From positions 10,894-74,893 of the forward strand of contig CAZWAV010000003.1 in assembly GCA_964631935.1 (NCBI GenBank): 64,000 nt of DNA, given 5' to 3'. The notes beneath the pieces are model-generated. The model was not told the DNA's origin. It made no database searches and saw nothing but the letters and a program-made list of their open reading frames with translations. The translations under genes were made by a program, and so were the position numbers. This DNA is from an uncultured Candidatus Saccharibacteria bacterium. Its GTDB lineage: Bacteria; Patescibacteriota; Minisyncoccia; Phycocordibacterales; UBA9973. Below, one piece after another: positions 1-9,499 of this stretch (position 1 is the first letter of the stretch; the number at the start of each line of letters is the position of its first letter).

Positions 1-10
1 TGAATAAAAA

Positions 11-406
11 ATGCAAAACATAAAAAATAAAAACATAAAATGGTGGTTGGGTGCTGTATCATACACAATGTTATTTATTGTCATAGTAGTTTTTGCATAT
101 AGTAAAATGGATTTTCTTCTTCATGGGGTAGAAATTTCCGCTTCCGTAAATCATAATGATTCTTCTCATATAGTAGAAATAAAGGGTAGCGCCAAAAATG
201 CAATCTACTTGAGTCTCAATGGACGAGAAATATTTATAGACAAAGATGGCTCATTTACAGAGCCTGTAGCTCTCCTTCCCGGATTATCTGTAGTCACACT
301 TGATGCGCAAGATAAGTTTGGTAAAACATCAGAGAAAAAATTTGAAGTTATGTATCAAGAAAGTACAGGAGTCGCAGTTGCAAATGAAATTAGTAATATA
401 AATTAA
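11..406 (+). CDS. hypothetical membrane-anchored protein (N-terminal TM helix)
   Basis: Intact 131-aa ORF; hydrophobic segment WWLGAVSYTMLFIVIVVFAY near the N-terminus; no recognisable family. Confidence 0.4.
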   Translation: MQNIKNKNIKWWLGAVSYTMLFIVIVVFAYSKMDFLLHGVEISASVNHNDSSHIVEIKGSAKNAIYLSLNGREIFIDKDGSFTEPVALLPGLSVVTLDAQDKFGKTSEKKFEVMYQESTGVAVANEISNIN

Positions 407-438
407 CAACAAATTAATAGTTATTCACAGGCAATTTC

Positions 439-468
439 TTGACTGTGAACGAACGTTCACTTATAATA
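439..468 (+). promoter_or_regulatory. recA promoter with embedded Cheo/LexA(DinR)-type SOS box
   Basis: TTGACT (439-444), 18-bp spacer, TATAAT (463-468). The spacer contains tGAACgaacGTTCa (447-458), matching the GAAC-N4-GTTC Cheo box consensus. It lies immediately 5' of the recA ATG at 475, implying a very short leader or leaderless mRNA. Confidence 0.5.
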
Positions 469-474
469 TATATT

Positions 475-1545
475 ATGCAAAAGAAAGCGAAAAAAGAATT
501 AAAAGAGATGGGTGGAGCAATTGAGGATACTATTAAATCAATCCAGACGAAATTTGGCGAAGGTGCAATAATGAAATTTGGTGATTCACCAAAGGTAGAC
601 ATTGATGTCATCCCTACTGGGTCTATCGGTCTTGATATGGCGCTCGGTATCGGCGGAGTTCCTCGTGGACGCATGATAGAAATATTCGGACCAGAATCAA
701 GCGGTAAAACTACTCTCGCTCTCCATATAGTAGCGGAAGCTCAGAAGAAGGGCGGTATATGCGCATACATAGACGCTGAGCATGCTATGGACCCAGAATA
801 CACAAAGAAGCTAGGAGTAAACGTAAAGGACCTGCTAATATCTCAACCAGACAATGGTGAACAAGCTCTTGAGATCGTAGAGAGCCTAGTACGCTCAGGA
901 AAGATAGATGTCATTGTGGTTGACTCTGTGGCAGCACTCACCCCTCGTGATGAGATAGAGGGAGATATGGGTCAATCCCATGTCGGTAAACAAGCTCGCC
1001 TAATGTCTCAAGCACTCCGTAAGCTCACAGCTATCATCTCTCGATCAAAGACCGTAGTAATATTCATAAACCAGATTCGTATGCAAATCGGTATTATGTT
1101 CGGCAATCCTGAGACTACCCCTGGAGGTAAAGCTCTTAAATTTTATACTTCTATTCGTCTAGATATCCGTCGTATCGCTCAGATTAAAAAAGGTGAAGAA
1201 GTTGTCGGCTCACGCACACGAGTAAAAGTCGTGAAGAATAAAGTTGCTGCTCCATTCAAGCAAACTGAATTTGATATCCTGTACGGTGAAGGTATTTCCC
1301 GTGAAGGAGAAATTATGGCGCTTGGCGAGAAACTTGGTATCATATCTAAATCAAGCGGGGCTATATTCACCTATCTCGGTACAGCTAAAGCACAAGAAAA
1401 AGGTCCAGTCGAAGAAATAAAACTAGGACGTGGCTACGACGCTGCTCGTACTTATCTTCGTGATAATAAAAAGCTCTCAGATGAGATTCTAAAAGAAGTC
1501 CGCTCACGTTTCGGTGAAATACAAGTCGCAAGTGCGGGAGAATAG
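475..1545 (+). CDS. recA: recombinase RecA
   Basis: Walker [10 protein letters not shown] and typical RecA blocks (IDAEHALDP-like, [14 protein letters not shown]). The ORF track starts at TTG 439; the ATG at 475 (MQKKAKKEL...) is the more plausible start. Confidence 0.95.
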   Translation: MQKKAKKELKEMGGAIEDTIKSIQTKFGEGAIMKFGDSPKVDIDVIPTGSIGLDMALGIGGVPRGRMIEIFGPESSGKTTLALHIVAEAQKKGGICAYIDAEHAMDPEYTKKLGVNVKDLLISQPDNGEQALEIVESLVRSGKIDVIVVDSVAALTPRDEIEGDMGQSHVGKQARLMSQALRKLTAIISRSKTVVIFINQIRMQIGIMFGNPETTPGGKALKFYTSIRLDIRRIAQIKKGEEVVGSRTRVKVVKNKVAAPFKQTEFDILYGEGISREGEIMALGEKLGIISKSSGAIFTYLGTAKAQEKGPVEEIKLGRGYDAARTYLRDNKKLSDEILKEVRSRFGEIQVASAGE

Positions 1546-1562
1546 ATTCATGATCTATATAA

Positions 1563-1592
1563 AAAAGCGTTACAATTGTAACGCTTTTTTTA
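1563..1592. terminator. rho-independent terminator hairpin (bidirectional, recA / convergent membrane-protein gene)
   Basis: Perfect palindrome aaagcgttacaattgtaacgcttt flanked by A-run and T-run. Confidence 0.7.
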
Positions 1593-1609
1593 ATTTAAAC
1601 TTTAATTAT

Positions 1610-2473
1610 TTAACCAGTATTACCTTCTGCCATGTAATCACCATAAGCTAATACAGCAACCAATATTACACCTATGATCAAACTTGGTGTCCAATATATA
1701 ACTGGATGCGGGTAAACCCCTATTAGATTTTTTATTATGACTCCCACAAAAGAGAAGATGGCTAAACAAGAGAGTGTAGCAGCCAAAAAAGTATTCAAAA
1801 AAATCACCCCTATGTCTAAATCACCTCTCATTAGGCTTGATGATTTCTCTTGAAACCTTACAGCGATTATAACCGTTATAATGGTTGCTGTAATAAACAA
1901 TGCGCTGTTGGAAAAATTATTCCAGAAATCATTCTTATGGTTTAAGTAGATATAAAAACCCATGACCGTCAATAAACACATCAACAGGAAGTCCAGTTCA
2001 TTTTTAAAGTGAGACATATCATCTGTGTGGTAAGAAAATTTTACATAATCTCCGTTAATAGAAAACGATGATAAAATAAAAATACAACAGAAACTTAGAC
2101 TAAAGCTTGATCCCCAAAATATCCAGCTTATTGCGGTATCGTTTGGATATTGGAGTAGTATCTGGAACCATTTCCATCCATGTAGTGTAAAATAATCATA
2201 AAAATAATTAATCACAAAATACCACCCGAGCAATCCAGCAAAGAAAGATCCTGACACCATAAGAAAGCCGCCAATTTCTCCATACACCCTGTTAAAATTA
2301 AAAACAAGGGAACGAAAAAATATAAACCCAGCGATTATTGATATCCATTTAAAGATATCTTTGTTTGGATTTATTTCATAATTAAAAATAGTTAGACTAC
2401 TACCAGTAGAATACAAAAACCATAGCATTAACACTACGATTGTAGGGAACAAAACAAAAGGTCTAGTTTTCAT
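1610..2473 (-). CDS. polytopic integral membrane protein, unknown function
   Basis: 287 aa with about 8 hydrophobic helices, aromatic-rich; no family recognised. Confidence 0.5.
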   Translation of the reverse strand: MKTRPFVLFPTIVVLMLWFLYSTGSSLTIFNYEINPNKDIFKWISIIAGFIFFRSLVFNFNRVYGEIGGFLMVSGSFFAGLLGWYFVINYFYDYFTLHGWKWFQILLQYPNDTAISWIFWGSSFSLSFCCIFILSSFSINGDYVKFSYHTDDMSHFKNELDFLLMCLLTVMGFYIYLNHKNDFWNNFSNSALFITATIITVIIAVRFQEKSSSLMRGDLDIGVIFLNTFLAATLSCLAIFSFVGVIIKNLIGVYPHPVIYWTPSLIIGVILVAVLAYGDYMAEGNTG

Positions 2474-2595
2474 GTCAATTTATTTTATGGTTAGACAATA
2501 TTGTCGAAGAATCAAATTATTAAAACCAATTATGAACTTTTTTATGTAATTGTCAATAACTTGAAAAAGTATAGATGATGAGCTAGAATAGCTCC

Positions 2596-3168
2596 ATGCT
2601 TGAATATAGTGAAATAAGAGAAAGGAAAATAATTATATACGAAAATGAGCCATGCGAAGTAATGGAAGCTCATGTTGCTCGCACTCAACAGCGCAAACCT
2701 CAAAACCAGGTTAAACTCAAGAGTTTACTATCTGGCCGTACATGGAATACTGTATTCCATGCTTCAGATAAAGCTGATGAGGCTGAGATAAGTAAAAAGG
2801 ATGTTAAATTCCTATATGCTAACAAGGGTGAATACTGGTTCTGTGATCCAGAGAATCCAAAGGATCGATTTCAGCTGTCAGAAAAAATTCTTGGAGATAG
2901 TACAAAGTTTTTAAAGACTAATGAAAATGTCACAGCCCTAGTCTGGGACAATGATGACGAAGAGCAAATCATAAGTATCAAACTTCCTGTAAAAATGGAA
3001 TTCGTCATAAAAGAAGCTCCCCCATCTATCAAAGGTAATACTGCCAATGGTGGGGGCAAGGTCGTCACACTTGAGAATGGCGTGAAGATGAATGTTCCCT
3101 TCTTCCTTGAAGCTGGAGACACAATCCGAGTCAATACTGAAACTGGTGAATACGTAGAGCGGGTTTAA
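2596..3168 (+). CDS. efp: translation elongation factor P
   Basis: Full-length homology to EF-P, including C-terminal GNTANGGGKVVTLENG...NTETGEYVERV (cf. GDTAGTGGKPATL...DTRSGEYVSRV). Candidate -35/-10 ttgaaa/tagaat upstream at about 2560-2589. Confidence 0.9.
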   Translation: MLEYSEIRERKIIIYENEPCEVMEAHVARTQQRKPQNQVKLKSLLSGRTWNTVFHASDKADEAEISKKDVKFLYANKGEYWFCDPENPKDRFQLSEKILGDSTKFLKTNENVTALVWDNDDEEQIISIKLPVKMEFVIKEAPPSIKGNTANGGGKVVTLENGVKMNVPFFLEAGDTIRVNTETGEYVERV

Positions 3169-3178
3169 TGCAAACAAT

Positions 3179-3210
3179 AAAACACCCACATTTCTGTGGG
3201 TGTTTTATTT
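3179..3210. terminator. bidirectional rho-independent terminator between efp and rplK
   Basis: aaaacacccacatttctgtgggtgtttt hairpin with flanking A and T runs. Confidence 0.7.
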
Positions 3211-3217
3211 GAATGTA

Positions 3218-3646
3218 TTATTCTACTACTGTGATTCCTGCTGAGCGAGCTGAGCCTTCAATGATTTTCATTGCACCTTCAATGTTCTTAGCATTTAGGT
3301 CTGGCATCTTCTTCTCGGCGATCTCACGGACTTGTGCCTTAGTGATTTTGCCTATTTTTGAAGTGTTTGGTTTACCTGAACCCTTCTCAATGCCTGCGGC
3401 TTTAAATATTAGACCTGCTACTGGTGGAGTCTTGACCTTTATATCATAAGTACGATCTTCGTACACAGATATAACACATCCGACTATCTCACCTGCCATA
3501 GACTGAGTCATAGCATTAAACTTCTGACAGAATTCTGCAATGTTCACTCCAGCCTGACCAAGAGCAGGACCAAGTGGTGGCGCAGGAGTTGCTTTCGCTG
3601 CGGGTATTTGTAATTTTACTTTTTTTGTTATTTTTTTAGCTGCCAT
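3218..3646 (-). CDS. rplK: 50S ribosomal protein L11
   Basis: [22 protein letters not shown] motif; 142 aa. Confidence 0.95.
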   Translation of the reverse strand: MAAKKITKKVKLQIPAAKATPAPPLGPALGQAGVNIAEFCQKFNAMTQSMAGEIVGCVISVYEDRTYDIKVKTPPVAGLIFKAAGIEKGSGKPNTSKIGKITKAQVREIAEKKMPDLNAKNIEGAMKIIEGSARSAGITVVE

Positions 3647-3711
3647 ATATTTGTTTGATTAATCTCGTGAGAAGCACGACTCGAGGTCGAACACGGACCC
3701 ATCTATTATAC

Positions 3712-4263
3712 TTATAACTTCTTAATCTGCAAGAAATCCAATTCAACTGGTGTCTCACGTCCGAACATTGAAACAAGGACTTTAACCTTGCCACGCTCTC
3801 GATCTACATCGTTAACCTTGCCTTCTAGTTCCTTGAAAGGACCATCAGCAATGCGTACGATTTCATCGATTTCAACGTCAATTTGGTGTTTATTACTTCC
3901 GTTAGCTTTTTCCATTCGGCCAAACAAATCATCTACTTCTTGTTTGTTTAGCGGTACAGGGTTTACTCCAGCTCCAACGAATCCAGTCACACGAGGAGTA
4001 TTACGAACTACGTACCATGAGTTGTCATCAACAATCATATCTACAAGTACATAACCAGGGTAAACTTTTTCTTCTACTTCTACTCTTTTACCTGCTTTAA
4101 TTTTTATTTTTTTCTCAGTGGGAACAACAACCGAAAAAATCTTATCATTCATACCTAGTGAATCAATACGCTGTTTTAAATTACGCATGACGGCATTTTC
4201 ATACCCAGCATAAGTATGGATAGCGTACCAATTTCTTTCCCCTCTTAATTCTTGTTTTGCCAT
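3712..4263 (-). CDS. nusG: transcription termination/antitermination factor NusG
   Basis: NGN domain (WYAIHTYAGYENAV) plus C-terminal KOW (GPFKELEGKVNDVDRERGKVKVLVSMFGR). Confidence 0.9.
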   Translation of the reverse strand: MAKQELRGERNWYAIHTYAGYENAVMRNLKQRIDSLGMNDKIFSVVVPTEKKIKIKAGKRVEVEEKVYPGYVLVDMIVDDNSWYVVRNTPRVTGFVGAGVNPVPLNKQEVDDLFGRMEKANGSNKHQIDVEIDEIVRIADGPFKELEGKVNDVDRERGKVKVLVSMFGRETPVELDFLQIKKL

Positions 4264-4278
4264 ATGTAATATTAAAAA

Positions 4279-4464
4279 TTATCTTGATAAAAGACGCTCA
4301 AGTCCAATTGAGAATACTTTGTCAAAAAAGCCAAGGAAGTAGGCTATAAATAGTGACACGATTAAAACAGCCACAGTGAAAAATATCGCTTGGCGTCGAG
4401 TTGGCCAAGTCACATGACTAAGCTCTGCTTTTACTTCTTTAAAATATTCAATAGTTTTGTTCAT
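4279..4464 (-). CDS. secE: preprotein translocase subunit SecE
   Basis: Single C-terminal TM helix; KEVKAELSHVTWPTRRQ matches SecE; conserved position upstream of nusG. ATG at 4464 preferred over the extended ORF call. Confidence 0.8.
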   Translation of the reverse strand: MNKTIEYFKEVKAELSHVTWPTRRQAIFFTVAVLIVSLFIAYFLGFFDKVFSIGLERLLSR

Positions 4465-4553
4465 ATATAATCTATTATTTCCTCCCTTATTAAAAACCAC
4501 CCCGGAGGGCTTATAAGAATATAGTACGCTTTTAAGCCCATAAAGTCAAATAT

Positions 4554-4587
4554 CTAAAATACCCCACTATTAGATGGGGTATTTTAG
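4554..4587 (-). terminator. rho-independent terminator after the SIMPL/DUF541 gene
   Basis: ctaaaataccccactattagatggggtattttag inverted repeat 10 nt past the stop. Confidence 0.6.
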
Positions 4588-4596
4588 ATATTATGA

Positions 4597-5382
4597 TTAT
4601 TTTATTTCGTAGGTAATTGTTACGTTTGAAGTTATTTTATTTTCACCCTTTGGAAGCTCAGGGGTAGGCGCTTGTGCCATACCAGAGCTTTGTGCCATGT
4701 CTTTGGCTGCATACATCACAGGATATCCCCCGCCATTTTCAGAAAAGCTTGCGACCTTACCTAAGCGCACCCCAAGCTCACGTGCTAATACTTTCGCTTT
4801 TGCTTTTGCATCTTCTATTGCTTTTGAGCGTGCTTGGTCATTGTAAGTATCTTCGTCATCGATAGAAAATGTAGGTCCACTAATATTTATAATGCCGAGA
4901 TTTGCAAGACCTGTACGTACGTCATTTGCAGTATCTACATCACGAACCTTCACTGTTATTGATTGACTAGCAGTGTATCCTATGATTTTTGACTCACCTT
5001 GTGGGCAAGGATAAGTAATACAATAATTGTTAGAATACTTTGGATTTATCCCTCCGTATTCTGATTTAACATCTTTTTCTTCTATGTTTTTAGTTTTTAG
5101 GTAAGACAAAGTTTTAGAAACTAGATCATTTAAAGAACTTTGAGCTTCTTTAGTAGTTGAAGCGTCTTTTGAAATATTTAAAGAGAGAGTGGCAATATCA
5201 GAAACTGCCATAACTTCCCCTTTACCTGAAACTGTAATAGTGGCTGGTATTTGTGATTCATGGCCAATATAACTACTTGCTTTTATTTCATTAATAAAAA
5301 GCATTAATACAAATAATGTTAATACACCTACAAGACCAATCGCCCCATTGATAAATTTTTTATTGTTTAAAAGTGTTTCCAT
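4597..5382 (-). CDS. SIMPL/DUF541-family periplasmic protein (YggE-like oxidative-stress defence protein)
   Basis: N-terminal TM anchor, then ITVSGKGEV...PD.A.L... pattern typical of DUF541. The ORF track starts with TTG at 5400; the ATG at 5382 (METLLNNKK) is preferred. Confidence 0.55.
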   Translation of the reverse strand: METLLNNKKFINGAIGLVGVLTLFVLMLFINEIKASSYIGHESQIPATITVSGKGEVMAVSDIATLSLNISKDASTTKEAQSSLNDLVSKTLSYLKTKNIEEKDVKSEYGGINPKYSNNYCITYPCPQGESKIIGYTASQSITVKVRDVDTANDVRTGLANLGIINISGPTFSIDDEDTYNDQARSKAIEDAKAKAKVLARELGVRLGKVASFSENGGGYPVMYAAKDMAQSSGMAQAPTPELPKGENKITSNVTITYEIK

Positions 5383-5436
5383 CCGTCTATTATAACACAA
5401 TGAGGGTCTCTAGAAAATTGACAAAAGAAGAATTTA

Positions 5437-6114
5437 TTACTTATTCAAAACATCACTTACGATAGACCCGTCTGCCATTGTTATAGTCCGATCAGCTAGT
5501 TTGGCATATTCAGGCTCATGAGTCACCATGATAATAGTTTGCCCCTCCTTATTTAAATCAATAAATGTCTTGATGACTTGCTCTGATGTCTCAGAATCGA
5601 GGTTAGCAGTAGGCTCATCGGCAAATATCACCTTTGGTGAGTGTGCAATAGCACGAGCAATAGAGACACGTTGCTGTTGACCTCCAGATAGCTGGCTTGG
5701 TAAATTATTCATGCGATCAAGAAGCCCCACTCTCTCGAGGGCCTTCTTTGCTTTAGTATTAGCAACTTTCGGGCTATAACCTTGCATGAGAAGAGGTAGA
5801 ATTGTATTTTCAAGCGCTGAGAGCGAAGGTAAGATTGCATAGTCTTGAAAGATGTACCCTAAGTCATTGAGTCTTGTGCTAGTACGCATCTTCTCAGAAG
5901 CAGGTACTAAGTCTTTGCCATCTATGATCGCTCCACCCGAAGTAGGAATATCGAGAAGTCCAAGTTGATAAAGGAGGGTTGACTTACCTGACCCAGACTT
6001 ACCAGTAATAGTTAAGAACTGACCTTGTGGTACCAGGAAAGAGATATTGTTGAGTGCAATAATTTTTTGATCACCACTTTGGAAAATTTTTGTAAGATTT
6101 TTTGCTTCTATCAT
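5437..6114 (-). CDS. ABC transporter ATP-binding protein (MacB/LolD/FtsE-like)
   Basis: Walker [10 protein letters not shown], signature [14 protein letters not shown], Walker B IIFADEPT. Confidence 0.9.
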   Translation of the reverse strand: MIEAKNLTKIFQSGDQKIIALNNISFLVPQGQFLTITGKSGSGKSTLLYQLGLLDIPTSGGAIIDGKDLVPASEKMRTSTRLNDLGYIFQDYAILPSLSALENTILPLLMQGYSPKVANTKAKKALERVGLLDRMNNLPSQLSGGQQQRVSIARAIAHSPKVIFADEPTANLDSETSEQVIKTFIDLNKEGQTIIMVTHEPEYAKLADRTITMADGSIVSDVLNK

Positions 6115-6117
6115 AGA

Positions 6118-7395
6118 TTATCGTCCCAATATCGCACTTAGGGTATTTTGTTTAATAACAATTCTAGCTGGTATATAACCTGCAATAATTGTCGCTACTA
6201 ATAGTATACCTGCTCGGAGTAACGTACCAGATAGTGTTGCAACTAGGATGCCATCAGAAAATGGAAAATTAATTGGATGAGAAGTAAAGTAAGGTTTTAT
6301 AAGTAAGAATATTAGAGCCATACCGATAATAATACCCCCGCTTGCATAAATAAACGCTTGATACATATATGAATACAAAATAGCTTTCTGGTTTATCCCA
6401 ATACCTTTCAAGATTCCGATAAAACGTCGACGAGTAATAGCATTTACGAAAATAACAATAAATATTGTGATCGATGCTACAACAAGACCTATACCAGAAA
6501 TAGCTGACCCGAGTATTCCAAATGTTGCTTTAATATCTTTCAAGAATTTTGGGAAAGCTTCTTCTGCAGTCTGTATGCGAGCGTACTCCCCTACTCCTGA
6601 AGCAAGTAGGAAATTCTTTGCTTGCATTGGATCAGTACCAGGAAGAAGTTGGATAGCAATAGTCCCAGCATTTAAATCATCTTTTCCTAAAAGTTTTCTG
6701 ACTTCTGAATCAAGAGCAACTATAGATGTATCGAATTCATCAACCTTACTAGAGAGCATTCCTTTCACAAAATACTCCTTGGATGTGTCACCTACCGTAA
6801 CTTTAATGCGTGAACCAATTGAAACATTTTTTAGAGTCTGAAACCCAGGTGCTTCAATAGGAGTAAATTCGTACAGGAGATTCTTACCAATCAAAACACT
6901 ATCTTGATCAAGAGCAGTTAAATAAGATCCACGAATAACGAATTTTGATACACCAGAAAATTTTTCTTCCTCATCAGGATTTATACCAAGAAGTGAACCA
7001 GAAGCTCCATCACGCTTATCTCCAGGTGCTACAGTCTCTCTATAGTTTGATTCAACTCTGGCTCCCCCAGAGTAACGAACAGTATGATTTTTATAACCTG
7101 GAATAGTCTTTACAATATCTACAACAACTGGTGTCTGCTCGATGGCGCTTTTATTTAGAAATGGGGATATAACAATATCGCCTATGGCGTATTTCTTCTG
7201 GGCATCTTCTGATCCTTGGATTAAGCCGACCAATATACCAGATACAATAATAAGATTAAGGAAAGTTAAAGTCATAACAAGAACAATGAGTCCTGTCGTC
7301 CATATATTTGCACGTTCAATATCACGGCGGGCGAGAAACCAACCGACTTTTACATTGAGCGAAAATGAATTTTCTGTTGTAACTCTATCTTTCAT
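6118..7395 (-). CDS. ABC transporter permease, FtsX/MacB family with large extracytoplasmic domain
   Basis: N-terminal TM, large soluble domain, C-terminal 3-TM FtsX-like block; 3-nt gap to the ATPase gene. Confidence 0.8.
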   Translation of the reverse strand: MKDRVTTENSFSLNVKVGWFLARRDIERANIWTTGLIVLVMTLTFLNLIIVSGILVGLIQGSEDAQKKYAIGDIVISPFLNKSAIEQTPVVVDIVKTIPGYKNHTVRYSGGARVESNYRETVAPGDKRDGASGSLLGINPDEEEKFSGVSKFVIRGSYLTALDQDSVLIGKNLLYEFTPIEAPGFQTLKNVSIGSRIKVTVGDTSKEYFVKGMLSSKVDEFDTSIVALDSEVRKLLGKDDLNAGTIAIQLLPGTDPMQAKNFLLASGVGEYARIQTAEEAFPKFLKDIKATFGILGSAISGIGLVVASITIFIVIFVNAITRRRFIGILKGIGINQKAILYSYMYQAFIYASGGIIIGMALIFLLIKPYFTSHPINFPFSDGILVATLSGTLLRAGILLVATIIAGYIPARIVIKQNTLSAILGR

Positions 7396-8906
7396 TATTT
7401 AGATACGATAGCAATGTCAGTACCATCTCCTAGGCCTGAAGTAATTTCAATAAGATTACCATCACCAGTTAAACCTGTTGTAACTTCTTGTTCTTTATAC
7501 TTTTTGTGTTTTTTATCTGTTATAACATTAACGTATATTTTACTATCGTGAGAAAGAATTGCGGCTTTTGGTATAACCAGAACATGTTTCTTTTCAGCTG
7601 TAGTGATAGCGATATCGGCATTCATACCAGAGCGCACAGATTCATCAAGCGGAGTAATTGATGTCTTTATCTTATAGTTTACAATTCCATCTGTTGTTGT
7701 AGCACCTGGGTCAATATGGACGACATTACCATTAAATACACGGCTTGGGCCAAATGCATCAAACTTTATAGATACCTTTTGTCCAATCTTGAGGTTTGCA
7801 ATACTAGACTCATTGATCTTTGCTTCAATGTATAGATTTGAAACATCTTGTAGTGTTATCACTGGCTTCTGAACTTCAGATAATTCTCCGAGCTTGATAT
7901 CTATGTTTGTTATTGTTCCATTCTCTGGGGCTCTAATTATGGTATCTTCATACTTTGCCTGAGCAGCTTGTACTTGGCCTTCAGCACTTATAATGTCAGC
8001 TTGTGCTAAATCAATATCTGACCCACGAGCTTGAGCTTTCTTCAAAGCGAGTTCGGCAGTATACTTTTGTATAGTGGATTCCATGTGCGAAAGAGCCGCT
8101 TCGTAAGTATTGTAATTTGTTAGATAGTCAGAAGCATTCTTATTTGGTATTGCAATAATCCAATTAGAAATATTTGAGTTTATTGATGATGGAAATTTAA
8201 TATATAATCCTGAATTTCCTATTGGTTGTGGTGAAGTAGTATTTACTGTGCCACTACCATCAACAAGACCCGATGCAACAAAACCAAAACCGCTACTACT
8301 ATTTGCAGAATATGTTCTTATTTTAATATAACCTTCTTTATCTAAATCATATGTACCACTTATGGTTGGTGCTTCATAATCATTTGTAATATTCTCTGGC
8401 ATTGCTTCAGGTTTTGAATTTAATAAACTATGATAAGCATTTTTAACGGCTGTGGCTTCAGTTATTTTTGCTTGATCAAGAGTAACTTGTGCAAGAGCAA
8501 CTTCTTCACTTGAAGATCCCTCTATTGTCTTCTTATACCTTGCCTGAGCGGCAGCAAGGGCACCTCGAGCTTGCGTGAGGGATGCAAGAACAGAACCTTG
8601 GTCTATACTTGCCAAGACGTCGCCCTTCTTTACCACATCACCAACTTTAACTTTGAGTGATTTAACAATACCACTTGAATTAAAAGACAGATCAAGATCA
8701 GTATTAGAAGTGACTTGTCCTGTAGCTAAGACCGTCTGATTTAAATCAACATAGCGTGATGTATCAGTAGTTATATTTAGAGATGTACTAGAAGGCTTAA
8801 GCACATAAAATAGGAAAATCACAACGAGTACGAGGATAGCCCAAGTTCGCTTCTTTTTTGATATTTTCTTTAAAAATTTAATGAATGATTCTTTTTTACT
8901 TTGCAT
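7395..8906 (-). CDS. HlyD-family membrane-fusion / periplasmic adaptor protein
   Basis: N-terminal TM anchor, lipoyl/coiled-coil hairpin region, beta-barrel C-terminus (VKVGDVVKKGDVLASID...). Start overlaps the permease stop, so the three genes form an operon. Confidence 0.7.
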   Translation of the reverse strand: MQSKKESFIKFLKKISKKKRTWAILVLVVIFLFYVLKPSSTSLNITTDTSRYVDLNQTVLATGQVTSNTDLDLSFNSSGIVKSLKVKVGDVVKKGDVLASIDQGSVLASLTQARGALAAAQARYKKTIEGSSSEEVALAQVTLDQAKITEATAVKNAYHSLLNSKPEAMPENITNDYEAPTISGTYDLDKEGYIKIRTYSANSSSGFGFVASGLVDGSGTVNTTSPQPIGNSGLYIKFPSSINSNISNWIIAIPNKNASDYLTNYNTYEAALSHMESTIQKYTAELALKKAQARGSDIDLAQADIISAEGQVQAAQAKYEDTIIRAPENGTITNIDIKLGELSEVQKPVITLQDVSNLYIEAKINESSIANLKIGQKVSIKFDAFGPSRVFNGNVVHIDPGATTTDGIVNYKIKTSITPLDESVRSGMNADIAITTAEKKHVLVIPKAAILSHDSKIYVNVITDKKHKKYKEQEVTTGLTGDGNLIEITSGLGDGTDIAIVSK

Positions 8907-8912
8907 AGAAAA

Positions 8913-9407
8913 CTATTTAATAGCGACAAGTTCAACATCAAAGATTAGAGTGGAATTTGCTGGTATAGAACCGACTGCTCGAGCGCCATAACCTTTATCA
9001 GGCGTTATTGTTAAAGTCTTTTTCTCTCCTACTTTCATTCCGACTAAACCTTCATCCCAACCAGCAATAACTTGACCAGCGCCTAGTGTAAATTCGAAAG
9101 GCTCAACGTGGTTAAATTTTGGATCCACATTTGAATCGAAAACTGTACCGTTTTGTAAACGACCAGTGTAATTCATTGATAATACATCACCTTTTTTTGC
9201 TATTTGTTCCATAGATTTTTTTTCAGCAGGTTTTGCTGATTCATTATTATTAATTGTGTTTTGTTCTGTTGCTGCGTTTTGAGCCATATCTACTTCAGTA
9301 TTTGCATCCTGCTTTTTATGAGATAGTGCATACACCATAAGACCCACAGCAGCAATAACGATAATAAAAGAAACGACAACACTTGTACTTCCCTTTTGAT
9401 TTTGCAT
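8913..9407 (-). CDS. FKBP-type peptidyl-prolyl cis-trans isomerase, membrane anchored
   Basis: [21 protein letters not shown]...[26 protein letters not shown]...LIFDVELV is a canonical FKBP domain. Confidence 0.85.
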   Translation of the reverse strand: [164 protein letters not shown]

Positions 9408-9461
9408 ATTGGAAAAATATTTAACTTATATAAATCCAATTATAGCATACTTCGGAAGTGC

Positions 9462-9488
9462 TAAAAATCCCTTATGATAAGGGATTTT
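9462..9488 (-). terminator. rho-independent terminator after fusA
   Basis: aaaaatcccttatgataagggattttt hairpin 12 nt past the fusA stop. Confidence 0.6.
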
Positions 9489-9499
9489 TAGTTGATTAT

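Noticed and set aside
414-674. Antisense or overlapping small ORFs from the six-frame track inside recA, fusA, nrdA, the fibre genes, pgk and others (e.g. 414-674, 1179-1370, 10118-10459, 13478-13861, 18073-18528, 31685-32185)
   Set aside because: Each lies within or opposite a strongly supported, conserved CDS and has low-complexity composition; typical shadow ORFs
4465-4553. Possible tRNA-Trp upstream of secE, its common position in other bacteria
   Set aside because: Neither strand folds into a cloverleaf; no GTTCGA T-loop or acceptor pairing. The region instead holds the SIMPL-gene terminator hairpin
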